From: Paragordius varius
Taxonomy: Eukaryota > Animalia > Nematomorpha
Length of the DNA stretch: 64,000 nt
Direction of reading: 5' to 3'
NCBI GenBank assembly: GCA_964247055.1
Contig: OZ176053.1
Span: 8,122,001 to 8,186,000, forward strand
The position numbers and the translations under genes are program-made. Shown in pieces: positions 13,364 through 27,354 of this stretch (positions are counted from its first letter, which is position 1; every line of letters starts with the position of its first letter). The notes beneath the pieces are model-generated. The model did no database searches and was not told the origin of the DNA. It saw only the letters and a list, made by a program, of their open reading frames with translations.

Positions 13364-15336
13364 GAAATCAAAATAATAGTTTTAAAATGTAACCCTGTCC
13401 TTCCTTAAATAATTTATGCAGATTTTTTATATACGATGAAAAATTTATTGTATGTTAATGCATGTACTACGATAAATGGTATTTAAAAAAACAAAACAAC
13501 ATTATTGTTACAATGTAACGCTTGCTTAATTTATTGTTTAACTAAATATTCCTTTTTTCGAAATTTAGACATCTATTTTGCATTGATAGATTTATTAGCG
13601 ACTTTATATTCATCCCATTAATTTATGTATTGCTTTTATAATTATTTGTAAATGCTGCAAATCCATTGTAAATGTAATAAATAACGAACATTGTAAATGT
13701 TTCGCACCTTCTCATATAGAATTTGTGATGTAATATTTTCTAACTGTAAATATAAATGAATAAATATTAGCTGCTCAAACTTGTGGTATTAGTTTCATCA
13801 ATAATTCAAACAGACATCTTATCCTTATTAAATCCTTATCCAACTCTTACTTAAGGTTGGTTAAAGATAACATTTTATAGAAACTGTAAAACAACGTCAG
13901 ACTTTCCAAGCGTTTAAATATAAAAATAATAGCCTCGTAGTAAGGAGTAGTAATACTGGTATTTGATGAATAGAACTAATATAAAATTTAAATAATGCCT
14001 GGCAAAACGTTAAAATTTATGCACATTTTTTTATAAAATCATTATCGAATTGCAAATCAAAATATTTGAGCCAATATATTTGTTAATGTTAACATCAAGA
14101 CACGCTTTCAAAAATAGGTGCAGCGGGGCCTACTTTACATTATATTTAGTAATAACATTAAAAATAACTATGTTGAAATTAATGTTAGCAAATCATAGTT
14201 TTTAATTAAAATATATTTGATAGCGCTTACCTTACACTGTAAATACTAATAATGATAAATAAATTTTTGATAAAAATTCGGATTATCTAACCTTGACTGT
14301 CACTCCTTCAGCATTTGGGATAAATACGATTAATGTAGTTTGGTATATATCATTTTATAACTTATATATTTATTGTTTATGTAAAGTTAATGTCTAGCTA
14401 AAAAAAAACCCATATAACAAAACCGTTGTTTTAATTGCTGTTTAAAATCTAGTTTGCCTAAATTCCCTGAATTTTTGGATCTGAACCCTCAACATTTATT
14501 ATTTAATAATTTTTTACCGTTATAAAATTATTTAAAAAAAAATATAACTAGTGAGAACTAGGGGTTAAAATCCGAATCGTATAATTTTTTTTCGAAACTA
14601 TCAGTTTTTATGGAATCGAAAAATCAAAAACAGATCCTATCGAAACCGAGATTCTCATTTGTTCCAAAAATAAAATTTTAAATTATTTTTAATTTATTTT
14701 TTTGATGTTAGATATAATATTTACCTACTTTTTTATATCGGTTTCTAGTTTATACTTATCATAAAATATTTATGGATTTTCCCGTAAATAGCATACAATT
14801 TTGTAATTTATATGTTCATTCTATGGATTTTTATCCACATTTCAAAATAATTATGCTATTTTTTCCTTTGAAAAACAAAAAAACCAGTCTGACTATTTGT
14901 CCAAACATTGGAACTAATCAGAAAAAAATGGATTTAAACCCGAAGAATCCGATAGTAATCCCTAGTAATACCCGAGTCCATGCATAACGTCTTACTCCAA
15001 CTTTCCAATAATTCTAAACAGTTTTGTTGCTTTTGAAAGCGTTACGCTAAAAATTATCTATTTTTTGCAAAATAAGTGCTTGCATTAAAATAACATCTCA
15101 TAATCATATATAAACCGAGTTAATTTCACCTTTTTTATATGTCTATAAGGATTTTATGAAATATTATATAATCAAACTTGAAGTATTATGAATATTTTAT
15201 ATTCAACCGCTTCTATTGAAGTGCTTAAAGTATCATTCCTGAAGCGTTTTTTATCAGATATTTTTCGAGGAGTTGTGATAAATACGTTGAGAAGGGATAA
15301 GTATATTTTTTTCTACCAATTTCAACACTATTCCAC

Positions 15337-16995
15337 CAGTGGCGTACCTAGGGAGTGGAAAGGGGGGCTGATGCACCGGGCGCCATAGTTAAAGGAGCGC
15401 CGGATTTTAAATTTTTTTAATTTGATTTCATAAAAATAGGTGTTCAAAAGCTATTATTGTAATTAATACATAACAAATCACCCATTTATAAGCGCCTTCA
15501 ATCTTGATCAAAATTCTCCCAATATCTATACATATGTTTCATATCTTTTTATCAGATATTTTTCGGGAGTTTGTGATAAAAAGTTGAAAAGGGATAAGTG
15601 TCTTTTTTTTAACCAAACTCAATACTATTTTAGTTATAATACTTTAAGATGTGCGGTTAATTTTGTATAATAAAAATATAAAATAATATTTGATATCTCT
15701 CTAATGGATAATGGGATAATGAAAAGAATTATACCAAATTCAAGAAAAAAAGAGTAAATCAATTGAGCAGCAATAAGATGGTATACCATGCCCTAAATTG
15801 GAGAAAAAAATAAATAATATTTATTTTAGAATTCACTCTTTATATTATTAATTTTGCAAGAGAATTTTAACATAATGGGTGTCATTGAACAGGCAATATA
15901 TTGAAAGAAAATTAACATTAATAATGATCTTATCCATCAAATATATTTTATAAATCAATATTGATAAGTGAACAAGAGTTACGTTTAAACCGGAACAATT
16001 ATATTGTTTGTTTTCATGACCCATTTAACGTATAATTTGTTCTGTTACCTCAAAAGAAGAAAAAAGATTTTTGATTAAAATATAGTGGAACCGTTTTGGA
16101 ATTAAAATTTTATTAAAAAAATAGAACAGGTACCAAAATTAGAAAACTGACCTGGAACCGGACCCTAAAACGGTTCCGGTTTAAATTCGAGGATTTTAAT
16201 ATACTAAAGCTTTAATATTTTTATGCTTCAAATGTTCGCTCTGTAATATAATCTCGAAGGATAGGATACTGTAATAATTCAAATAAGAAAAATAATTTTT
16301 TAAATAAATCATTATTATCAAACTAAACTTAGCGGTTTTCAAAATAAAAAAGAAAGTTGAAAGCTAAATATACCATACAAAAGTTAAGAGAAAGGTTGCA
16401 ATCATATTTGCATAATGGTAATAATCATAATACCAATTCTACTTTATTTCTCAACCAGACCCAATATTTTTCGACAATATGAATTCGACAATAAAATCTG
16501 TATCTAACAACAGCGCCTCAATATTTTTACCCATCCATACAATAGAGGATTTTAATAACAATAAGATAGGGGAATAAAAGTGTTTATGTAAAACATGCTA
16601 TATTTATGTCTAGCCAAGCAGTTTTCATGAAAAATTTATATTTAACTTTGTGAATTTTTTTGATGTTCTTAATACCTAAGGATTGCCATTTTTCCGGCCG
16701 CAAGCCCTTTTCTAAAAAAAATTTTTGTCAGGCTAAGCATTCGAATGCAGTATGAATACTGCTTTTATGCAACATTATATTTGACTAAGTCAAACTTTTC
16801 GCACAGAAACTAAAATATTTTTTAATCTGTAAAACATTTGCTAAGCAAGCCGTCGTTTTTAAAGGGATGGGGTTTAATGTCCATATTTTTTCCTGTGTTC
16901 CAGCTCATGGAATTTGATTATGCAAGGGGTTGCTCTAAGGGAGGTGCCATTATGGATTCATACACCTGGCGCCATAAATGCAAGCTACGCCTCTG
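15337..16995. mobile_element. Putative hAT element remnant (CAGTGGCGTA-type ends)
   Basis: Left end CAGTGGCGTACC at 15337, right end GCTACGCCTCTG at 16995, flanks tattccac/atttcaac match 5/8; the two ends may belong to different copies. Confidence 0.35.
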
Positions 16996-19900
16996 ATTTC
17001 AACCAAACTCTTTAGCCACACTTTACACTTTCTACCCAAATAGCATTTTTATTAAATTACAAATTTCAACCATTTCAAATCAAATTCGGCACTTTTTTAA
17101 TTAACTGTATGATATATTTGAAAATTTTAACGGTTAATAATAATTTCTAATTACTGAATCTTGAGGTCCTTTATTAATATTGAATTTAATTAGCGTAAAT
17201 TTTGATGTTTCGGTCCAAAACACATAGTTTTAATCAAATATGGTACCCCTAAAGCCATTTTAGATTAAATATTTTAATTAATTTTAAGGGTAAAAAATAA
17301 ATGAAAGAAAAAGGTTAGGGACTCTACATGCCTATCAAACTTTTGGCATGCTCAAAAATTTAATAAAGCATTTAAAATAAATGTAAATTTTGTTGGTAAA
17401 AAAGTTGAGTTTGATTGGAAAAAAGTGCAATGGCTAATTTTACTAGTAAACTATTATAAATATACATTTACTAGCGTAAATCTCGTGCTGCTACGCAGCC
17501 CGAGGAAATCCTTCGGACTTTTTTTTGGGAGGGGGAAGGGGGAGGAGGGGGTTGTAGGCGGGTGGCCCACTACCCAGAGGCCAATATAAAAATGTAGATA
17601 GATAAAAATTTTGCCTTTGTACCTGGAATCATCATTCATTACTAATAGTTTATGGAAGAATGGCTTCAAAATTAAATAATAGTTCAATGATAGCGCATTT
17701 TTTAGGGAGTAAAGGGCTTATTCAACGGCTAATTCAAAAAATCCGCTCGACTTAAATTTTTGACTATTTACGGGTAATACTTTAAGCAGCTAATATGGCC
17801 TGATAGGTTTTTTGAAATTTAGCCCCAAAAGCACTTTATTTCGATATGACGGGTAAGTTTTGCGCGGGTAGCTCTTTACTCAGCAGCTATCATCAAAGAA
17901 ACGCTTGACTAAAATTTTTGCCTTTTAACAGGGAATACGTGGTATCCTTATTAAATTTTTACGGTCTCATACCATGAGCGAAAAATAGAATCAAAAAATT
18001 ATTTTTGTGGACTTTGTTTTTTTGAAAAAAATGGCATTTTACGGGGGCGGGTAAAAAGAGGGCCTAAATTAAAAAAGCGAGCCGACTATGTTCGGCGCAA
18101 TCAAAAATAAGTAAACAAAAATCATATTTATTGAATGGTCCAACACGTTCTTCGGAAAATTGTCTCAAAGACACGATTTTTGTGGACTTAGGTTTTCAAA
18201 AAAAATCATTTTTTACACGGGGTGGGCCCGAACTGGGGGCCTAATTCAAAAAAGGGGCGAAGCTATTGTCGGGGCATTCATTAATGGTTATATTTTTCGA
18301 TATTTGGATTTGAATGGGTTTACCCGTTTTCCGGAAACAGATCACAAAGCCAGCATTTTCCATTTTTATAAATATATAGATTTCTCGCGGACTGCATAAA
18401 TATTTAGGAGGGCTGCATGCGGCAAGTGAGCCACGTGTACCACCCCTGGTTATAATATTGACTTGGGGCAAAAAATCATAATCTATGCAATTTGCCACAT
18501 ACAATCTTACATATTGAGGCCCATAATTTAGTTAAATGTCTCAGCTCAGAAACCAAAAGGTAATGTAATTGATACAATTTCTATCAAAATATATAAAAGC
18601 TATTCTAATAAAATATTTAATCAAACATTGATTTTTAATTAAATTATTATCTGTTAAGTATTCTTTTTCATTCACTATTCTGAGGTAAAATATATGAATA
18701 TTTTTTCAGATGCATATCATTACATAGACACCCCCTTATTTCTATTTAAGTTCCCATCATTTTAGCATGCATTAAAAATACAGTAGCGTATGGCATAAAA
18801 CAATAAAGTCTATAAAAGAATAAAAAAATGTTTTTTTAAAAAAAAAAATTTATTCTTTTATGGACTAATAATGTTTAATGCCATACGCTACTGTAAATCA
18901 AACCCCCGTTTATTCTTTGTCTAATGATAATCATATGTCATATAAATACTTAAGTTAATAATATTAGCTTATTAAATGGGTTGAATATAATTATATCCTA
19001 TTTTTAATTATAATTTTACAGTGAATTGATATAAAAATAAAACAATATATCAATTAGCGAGCGAAAATGGGATATTATATCTCAGTTGGCAAAATGTGGT
19101 TTTTAATATTTGGATCCAACAAACCAGCTTTCAGAATTCGAGAAAAATCAGGACGTTGTATATAAGGAAAATCACAGTTGTTTTTTGAGATTTATGTTAT
19201 AAAATTTCATTTATAAACCAAAATATCTAAAATTCCAAACAAATAGTAATTGTAAAATAATAATTTATGCTTTTGTTGTTAGTTTATTAACAGTATGACC
19301 TTTTAACTTTTTGTCCTAGTTGACATATTGGTGGGGTAATTTTACATCTCCCAGCTCAGTTTTGTAAATAACTACTGTGATTTTTTTTTTAAATTTAACT
19401 ATCAAACATTGTTTCCCGTATTAGATAAAAAAGCTTGTATAATTTACAGTGTGACTCCTAGAGTCTAAAATTGGTTCAACACGAAACAAACAGCTGATAT
19501 TAAAATGAAAATACATCAAGTTTTTGCTGGTAAAATGTAGGGAAAGCTTTTTTAAGATAATTATTTGAATTTTCTAACCCTAATATACATTGTTTGCCTG
19601 CTTTAGCGATTCAAAAAAAATTTATAGAAAAAAATGGCGGTGAAAAAGTTTGAGATGTTTTTAATTTTACATTTTTATAAAAAAAAAATTTTATAATGCG
19701 CCTAAAAGGCTAAAGAAAGCATATTTTTGAATTCGGCTTGATGCCTTAAATACTATTAAAATATTCCAATTCAAATCGCTCTGGGATATAAAACTACCCC
19801 AAAAGGTCGTAAAATGTTAATAGAAAGAGCGTAAATTTAAAAATCCAATTTTGTAAAAACAAAAGTATTTTATAAAACAGCGTTTAAACTTATTATAAGG

Positions 19901-22621
19901 CTAGTCTAAAATTCAGTAGTTTTTACAAACTTGTTTTTTAACGTTTTATGTTTAGTTCGGTAATTGAGATGGAAATAATATATGTTAATCAAATGCCATT
20001 ACAATCTATACATTCAGGTAATAAACGGGTTAATAACATTTTTAATGCAAATGATTAGCTGGTGTGCAAACACTAAGCAATTTTAGACGAACTTGAGGCT
20101 TTAATAAAGGTTTTGACATTTAAAGTCCCCATATACAAATTTTTAAAATTTAAATACTTTTTAAATAAAACAAATTAGAATTTTGCATTTTTCACGCTTT
20201 ACTTTATATGTGGAAACCTATTGAAGCATAAGAATATAAAATATGCTTACCATTACACATGCACAAAATTGGGGGTGCGAAAATCTGATGAACATATATT
20301 TTGATAACTAAGTGTATCAAGATTATCTACGCGTAATTTAAAAATATTAGCACTTTTGTAAAAAAAATCAAAAAATTGGGGCCATTTTGCTAAATTTTTT
20401 TGGCTTCATTCCAAAAATGCATTGAGGCTCGGTAAGTCAAAATGGGCTAGTTTCTAATAACAAGCGCAATGCCGAAAATGCGCTGTAAAAATTTTATGAT
20501 TAATTAAGACTTTTCCAAAAATAAATTTTCTATGTCATAATAATCTACCATATATTAAAAATTCTTATGTTTTTAAGAACATTAGTCCGTTTTATAGGGC
20601 GCCAACAAATATAGAATTTCGGAGCTCATGTCTTAAAATTAAAAAATATGGTTATTTTAAATATAGATGATATATTTTAGTATCTTAAGGAAGCATTAGG
20701 CTTATACCAAAAAATTATTTGGCACTATGCAAATGCCATTTTTCAATATGGAGCAAATTACTATAAGAGTGGTAATAACTTTTTTAAATCACTTGAAAGG
20801 CCCTGATGTGAATACTGATGTACATCTTATCAGAAAATGTTAAATTCATATGATTTATTTTGTCATTGGGGTATCTATCGACTTGCTAAGTTTTAGACGA
20901 TTTCATTAATTTAATAGAAAATTCTTAAAAAACAGCCGTCTCTAAGATCATTTTTTGAGTAATTTCTTTATGTGCTACGTGACCCCAATTTTTTCGTATT
21001 CTTAATCCGTAACGTATTTAATATCTCGTTTTTGAAAACATTTAAAAATTGGCGGTTAAAAAAATATAATGGAGATAATGTAATTTGGACGGAGTCCAGA
21101 AACAGCTTTGCATTATCGTCAGTTTGTTTTTGTTGGTATATGAATTGAAATTGATTTTCCTAAATATAAATTCTCAGAAAATTTTATGATTGAACAAATG
21201 TATAAATATTTTGTTTATTTAAATTTTGGCAAGAAGCCTAAATTAATTTATTATTACATTAAAAATATTGATTTGTATAAACAAATATTTTTCAAATTAA
21301 TTAATTTGTAATTAATTGATTGATAATAATATAGATAAAAATATTAATGTAAATATTTTTTTCATTATTGTAATTTATCTATAAAATTTTATGAAAAAGA
21401 AATAATATATATTGGAAAACTTGAACTGACAATTTTGCGTTAAACGGTTTCGTTACATCATGAAAACACACATAATCTTTTTTTATTAGCTAGCATACAT
21501 TACATATCTTTCATATTGTCCAAAAACCGGAATTAGGCATTATGACAAACGGTGACAGATAATTTTTGTAAAAAAAACAAAAAAATGTAAAATGTAAGAG
21601 AAGTAAAAAAAATCGATTGGACCAAATCGGAATATAAGACAACTATTGTACACTAAATTTTTAAGGATTAAAAATTAGATTATTATACCATCTGGCTATG
21701 ACATTTGGCTTGAAATGCGAATGAGCAATCACAAAAATTTAGCACTTTCCGACCGGCATACAGTTACGAGATATGTACTAACTATATAACACATACATAA
21801 AATATTGGTTTCAATATATGTGAGCGACAAAAAATCGATTGGATATAATCAACATATATTGAATCTAAATATATATTCATTAATAATATTTTATTTAATT
21901 ATATTTTTGTGCGAATAAAATCATTTTAATACCAAATTTTGAAAATGACTGTCGATTATTCTTACTCCTATTCCTCGACATCAAGCTCGGTAAATATTTT
22001 AACACTTGATTAGAGAGACCTTTTGTAATGGGAGAAAAAACATTCAAATTTTTGTTTCAGATTATCTCTTAATACTAATCTAATTATTTAAATACATTTC
22101 GCAAACCAGGATAAGCACAACCACATAGTTAGAAAGCCCACTTAAATTGCAACTGTTTTTAAAATTGATTGTATTGGTTGATATTTTTTACCATAGTATT
22201 GAGTTATAAATTTATGTTTAAAACAGTGATTAAGCAGGGCATTAACAGCGTTACTTTCTGCCGGAAAATTTATCTCTATATTCCTTTCGGTTTTCTTTAG
22301 GTGATAATAAGATATCTTGACAAATTATATACCACAGAACTAATAAGAACAAAAGCACTTTCCAGTTGTAAAAGATTTAATCAATTATAATCAATTTTCA
22401 GTTTAATTAAGAGGTTTTCTAATGGATAAAATATATACATATGTCATGTTTTGGGTCAGAAAAGTAGTTTTATTTAAATGTTGATGTATTTTTGATGAAT
22501 GATTAGCTTTTAAGATATAAAAAATGGGCTCATGTTACATTTGAAGCATAACACTCAAAAACTGTTTTTTAGCGGTCGGCTGTTTTTAAAAAATTGCTAG
22601 AATTTTATTAACATATTATTA

Positions 22622-22970
22622 ACCATTTAAAGTTCGAATTCACCCTTGAACAATTTAAATTCACCCTCGAACAAATCAAATTCACCCTTGAACAATACAA
22701 ATTCACCTTCGAACAATTGAAATTCACCCTAAAATAAATTAGGTGCTTTTTAAAATTAAAAATTACTTATATTTTTTATACATTAAAAAAATGAAATATT
22801 TTGTTTAAACTTAAAATATTACTGGAAAAATAAACTTAGCCATAAAAATATATTTCATATTAATAATGATTTATATTAGCCCGAAAGCATATAATTTATT
22901 TTCAAGGTGAATTTGAATTTTTCGAGGGTGACTTTGAATTGTTCAAGGGTGAGTTTGAATTGTAAATGGT
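22622..22970. mobile_element. Small TIR element with 21-bp subterminal tandem repeats
   Basis: Ends ACCATTT...AAATGGT; about 5 copies of aaattcacccttgaacaat.. on the left and about 3 inverted copies on the right. Confidence 0.6.
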
Positions 22971-23199
22971 ATGGTTTTGTTACAATTTCATATATTTTAA
23001 AAGTGAATCTTTAGAGTGCAAAAAGATTAAAAGTTTTCATATAAATTATGAGTAATTTGTTTCATGGCTTTTCGATAGTAATAAATTTAATTATAACTTT
23101 TAAAAACCTAAGTTTTGCATCAACCTTTAAAAAATAAAATCATATGGTGTAACCTGTTGTATTTTAAGAAAAGTCATATACAGTTAGAAGCCCTGAAGA

Positions 23200-23330
23200 A
23201 TGATATTGACGTCCTTCTGCCCTGAGGTGTGTAAAATCGTAGGAAGGCGGTAAGGGTCGTCCTGTGAGTACAGTTACGGTAAGGAGCAAGTCTGTCACAC
23301 CTTTTTCTGGATGCCTGGATGCTATATCAT
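23200..23330 (+). ncRNA. Candidate structured RNA resembling the SRP RNA S-domain
   Basis: GC-richer island; long-range pairings 23200-23214 with 23317-23330 and aggtgtg (23225-23231) with cacacct (23296-23302), enclosing a GGAA-loop hairpin and CAG...GGTAA.GGAGCAAGTC resembling SRP helix 8. Motif matches are imperfect and an internal T5 run is present. Confidence 0.35.
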
Positions 23331-23944
23331 ATAAAATACCAAATATATCAATAAAAAGACTTATTCGCATATCTGAAATAATACTTACTTTGTTTAATTT
23401 CTACTATTTGAAATTTTGCAAAAAATATCGGTTTATTCATATACCTTTTGTTCATTCTATACATATATTTATATCCACATAAAGCTTTAAGAACAGTTGA
23501 TTGCTTAAAATCTGTTTTTGAAGTTTTTATCACGCTAATGACAGCAATTTTATCGGTTTCTGATATTAATTAAACTACCTAAATTCTAGATTCCAGCACC
23601 TCGAATTCGGACACCGTTTGAACGATTTTTAATTATAATGTTATTTTCGATATTTGAAGTTATATACATGAATAATTGATTATATAAAAAATGATAATCA
23701 ATGCTCCCCCTTTTTAATGGAGACAAATCTGATACAAATGTTTAATTCAAGATTGCATCTTTTAATCGAATCACAAACCTTTAAAAAATACGGTTTTACC
23801 AATAATTATAAAATCGCCACTTTTACCGTTTTTCTCGACGTTAGCCCTAATTCCTAGGCCTCTTTGAAAGTTTCTAACTCATAATCAAAATATGATTTAT
23901 ATTTTATGTTATTGCTTATTAAAAATTAGGAGAAGCCAGACATC

Positions 23945-24628
23945 ATGACATCGGGATACAAAAGCTTGGGCAGTGGCATTAAACCCATCTTTGATTTGTC
24001 GAGCCGTATTGGAGGTGTATCCCATCCAGAAGATTGGTATACGAATAGCTCTACTTATCCTAGACCGACGCAAACGCACCCATTTCCTAGTCACCGTTAT
24101 TATCCTAACTATTCAGCTTACTATGGTACTTTGACCGGTTCCAATTATTTGCCATCAACTCATGCGTCCTGGGAAAAAAAATCGTCAACCAATTTGGTCG
24201 ATAAATTTTTCCCCTCATCGTCGACATACTCGTCATCTTCTGCTCTATCATCCTATCCGAGTTCGGGTTTGAGTCCAATAAGCGCTTACACGCCATACAC
24301 CTACACAGCCTACGTTACGTATGATTACCCGACTTCAAACTATTACTATAGTCGTTACTATCCGTTAAGTAGCATCGGTAGCTACTCTTATGGATACCCA
24401 TATAGCTCGTATAGTTCGTACTTACCCTCATCCTCTTATTACCCATCAACGTATTCATCCGTGTACCCAAGTTACCAGAGATACTTGAGTAGTCCGTACT
24501 ACAGCCCATCGTATTATTCATCTTCTTACAGCAGCAGTCTACCCTTGAGCCACAGAAGCAGTTATATTGGATATAATCCATATCCTTTCCCCTATCGTTT
24601 GAGACCTGCCCTATCATACTACTATTAG
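23945..24628 (+). CDS. Tyr/Ser-rich low-complexity protein B (227 aa), probable paralog of protein A
   Basis: Intronless ORF, hand count 46 Tyr and 59 Ser, no Cys; shares RYLSS and the C-terminal FPY...R.AL.YY* with protein A. A possible acceptor at 23929 means an upstream exon cannot be excluded. Confidence 0.8.
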   Translation: MTSGYKSLGSGIKPIFDLSSRIGGVSHPEDWYTNSSTYPRPTQTHPFPSHRYYPNYSAYYGTLTGSNYLPSTHASWEKKSSTNLVDKFFPSSSTYSSSSALSSYPSSGLSPISAYTPYTYTAYVTYDYPTSNYYYSRYYPLSSIGSYSYGYPYSSYSSYLPSSSYYPSTYSSVYPSYQRYLSSPYYSPSYYSSSYSSSLPLSHRSSYIGYNPYPFPYRLRPALSYYY

Positions 24629-26171
24629 AATGAAATGTAAATAATATGGTACTATTAAAACTAAAATTGGATATTATTATACAATTGCGAAAATGTAAAT
24701 TATATTCATTATCATTTTTTTCGAAATTTAGACACACCGAAATATAATGTTTGTTTTCTGTTTCAATATCTATATTCATTTAAATTAAATTTTAAAATTT
24801 GATTTTTTTGAAGGTCAATCAATTAATATTTTTAAATTTCAAAATTGTATTGTAAAATTTCATATATATAATAATATATTAATATATTTTGTAACACATT
24901 AAAGTGTGATCAATACATATCAAACATAACTTAAATGGAATTGTGCCAATTGATTCTTAATGATTGTGTTGTTTTCTAAATATTTGCGCCAATTTATAGA
25001 TAATATTTGCATAATAAATTATCTATATAAATATTGATCCGAAGAATATAATAAATACTTTTGTCCAAAAACAACCAAATTCATATAGAATGTTTATAAA
25101 GTCTTTATGAATTATAAAAAATTTGAATACATAAGCAAACCTTATCCATTACCGAAATATTTTATCAACCATTTATAACCGAATTTTTTCGGATATAAAT
25201 AATAATTTTTCGAAGCGATTAATATTAATGCATAGGGGATAGGCATAATATTTTCGGTAATAATATATAATATTCTATTATTTAGTAATTTTTTATGGTG
25301 CAAATTTAGGGTCAAAAATGTAATGTTACCAATTATTTTTGGATATAAAATTCTACAGCTCTGAGAATTTGAAAATAAGCTAGGAGTGTTGCAGTTAAGG
25401 AAATTATTAAAATTGATTTTAAGCAGCCAGCTGTTTTAAAAAATATTCGTTATAAAATTGATATTTATGAATCAAATGGCTAAAATCATAGTGAATAATA
25501 ACAAAAGAATTTGAATTTGTACCGTGAGTAAAACAAGTTTTGTTAAACAAAATAAAAAGTATTTATGAAATTATGTAAAAATTTGAGGGGCTTAAATCAA
25601 AATTAAAAGCATTTTTCTAAAATGCTTAGTATTGCACACTAGCTACTTAACCTTTTGACCTGAGATGGAAAAATAAAATATAAGTTTAAATAATTCAATA
25701 AATTTTAGAATGTCATCAGTTATATCAGATGTTTTATTGAAAAATTATTTAGCAAGCGTGCAAAAAGCCATTCTAGAGACCCAACTGATACTGTGGGTAA
25801 GTTTTTACAAAACTCCTTAAAGTCATTGATTTTATTCTGGAGAATTTTTATATTAAGAAGCTTAACTTTATAAATTTCGGAGCTTGTTAAGACACAATCT
25901 TAAAATTTTATGTATTTTTTATCAATTTTGACAGTAAAAAAATTTATAACGAAATTCTTTAAAAAACAGCTACTGGTAATAATCAGCTTCGTTGAGTTTA
26001 TTTTTCTTATATGCAATGATGCGCGTAATGCGAATTCTCAAAGCGTGAGTTCATTCATCCAAAAATAGGGAAATTCGAAAATTGAAATTGGATAATGTTT
26101 TATAAATCGAAAGTAGATACACAGATTTTGAATCTCTATTTATATATGAAAGGGCGTCACCATCTTTAGAT

Positions 26172-26754
26172 CAGGGTATCCAACACGCACTCCGCGGTTT
26201 TTTGTTTTGCCCGCGCAGAGATTTAAAAATATTAAACTAAATATAATAATTTGAAAAATTCTATTTAAAAATCTTTCTATATATTAAATTTTTTATCATT
26301 TTAATGTTCCATTAATTTACCCGGAAAAAAATATATTCAACGATTTTATAAAAACCTATGATATACCCCACTTTATTCTTTGAACCGATTATTAGTATTA
26401 TTGGTTCTTTAAAGTAAAGATTATCATTTTTTGGCTGTTGTTGTTGAGATAAATCTGATTAAAAATAATGATAGAAAAAGTAAATGGCAAGAGATAAAGA
26501 GTGATGCAATTTGTTTGATGGATGAAATATTTTTAGCTTTATCCCTGCAAATATTATCCGCAAAGACCCATGCCACAATCGAAAAAAGACAGTTTAACCA
26601 AATTGTTATAGGTCGTTCATCATAAGCCACTACAGTCTTTTGTTTAATAGTTAATATAATATATATTAATGTCCATGCTACGTTTTGTTAAATACGACCC
26701 GGCGGATTTTCGAATCGTAAATGCGGCCCGCAAAGACATTTGTATTGGGCACTG
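26172..26754. mobile_element. hAT-family MITE with perfect 8-bp target-site duplication
   Basis: CTTTAGAT (26164-26171) | CAGGGTATCCAAC ... TATTGGGCACTG | CTTTAGAT (26755-26762); subterminal GCGGCCCGC; an 8-bp TSD is characteristic of hAT. Confidence 0.85.
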
Positions 26755-27354
26755 CTTTAGATCCTCATTTCAGTAATAAAATTGAAATACGGTAAGCTCC
26801 AATGTTATGTTTAATCATACCCAATGACTATACCCTTAATATAGTGGTTGTGGAATCGTTAATGTTTTGTATCAGTCACATCTTTGTTCTTTAATTGAAA
26901 CCTTTTATCCAATTCGCAAAACGCTGGAGCATTTATAAATTTTCACACAATGTGCTAAGGATTTGTGCCCTTACGGCCTACGGGAAATGGAATGTTTTTT
27001 GTTATTTAATTTATTTAAGCATGAGGTTAGTGCAAAGGAACATATAATTGCTATCTTAGGCATCTTTTAATTTAGAGTTCTAAATACAAAATATATATAA
27101 CATTTCTGTAAATGGTAATGGAAAAGGCATTCATAGAAAGAATATAAATTTCCTTAAATTCCTTGGAGTGGCTACAGTTGATTCTGTTCAGCGTTACTAG
27201 AAATATATATAACATAAACATTAAACAACAGATTAGCTTTATAAAAAGGTTCAAAAAACCGTCAAAATAAATCATATGGGGAGATAGATGGTATTTATCT
27301 GCTGTTAGTTTTACTGTATACAAATTTATTTTACTGGTGGTATTTTATAAGATG

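Noticed and set aside
22625-22965. CRISPR-like appearance of 21-bp repeats here and at 60-61.5 kb
   Set aside because: Head-to-tail repeats without unique spacers, no cas genes, eukaryotic context.
23245-23320. Resemblance to the U12 snRNA 3' half
   Set aside because: No Sm site and no branch-point-pairing 5' region in the correct order.
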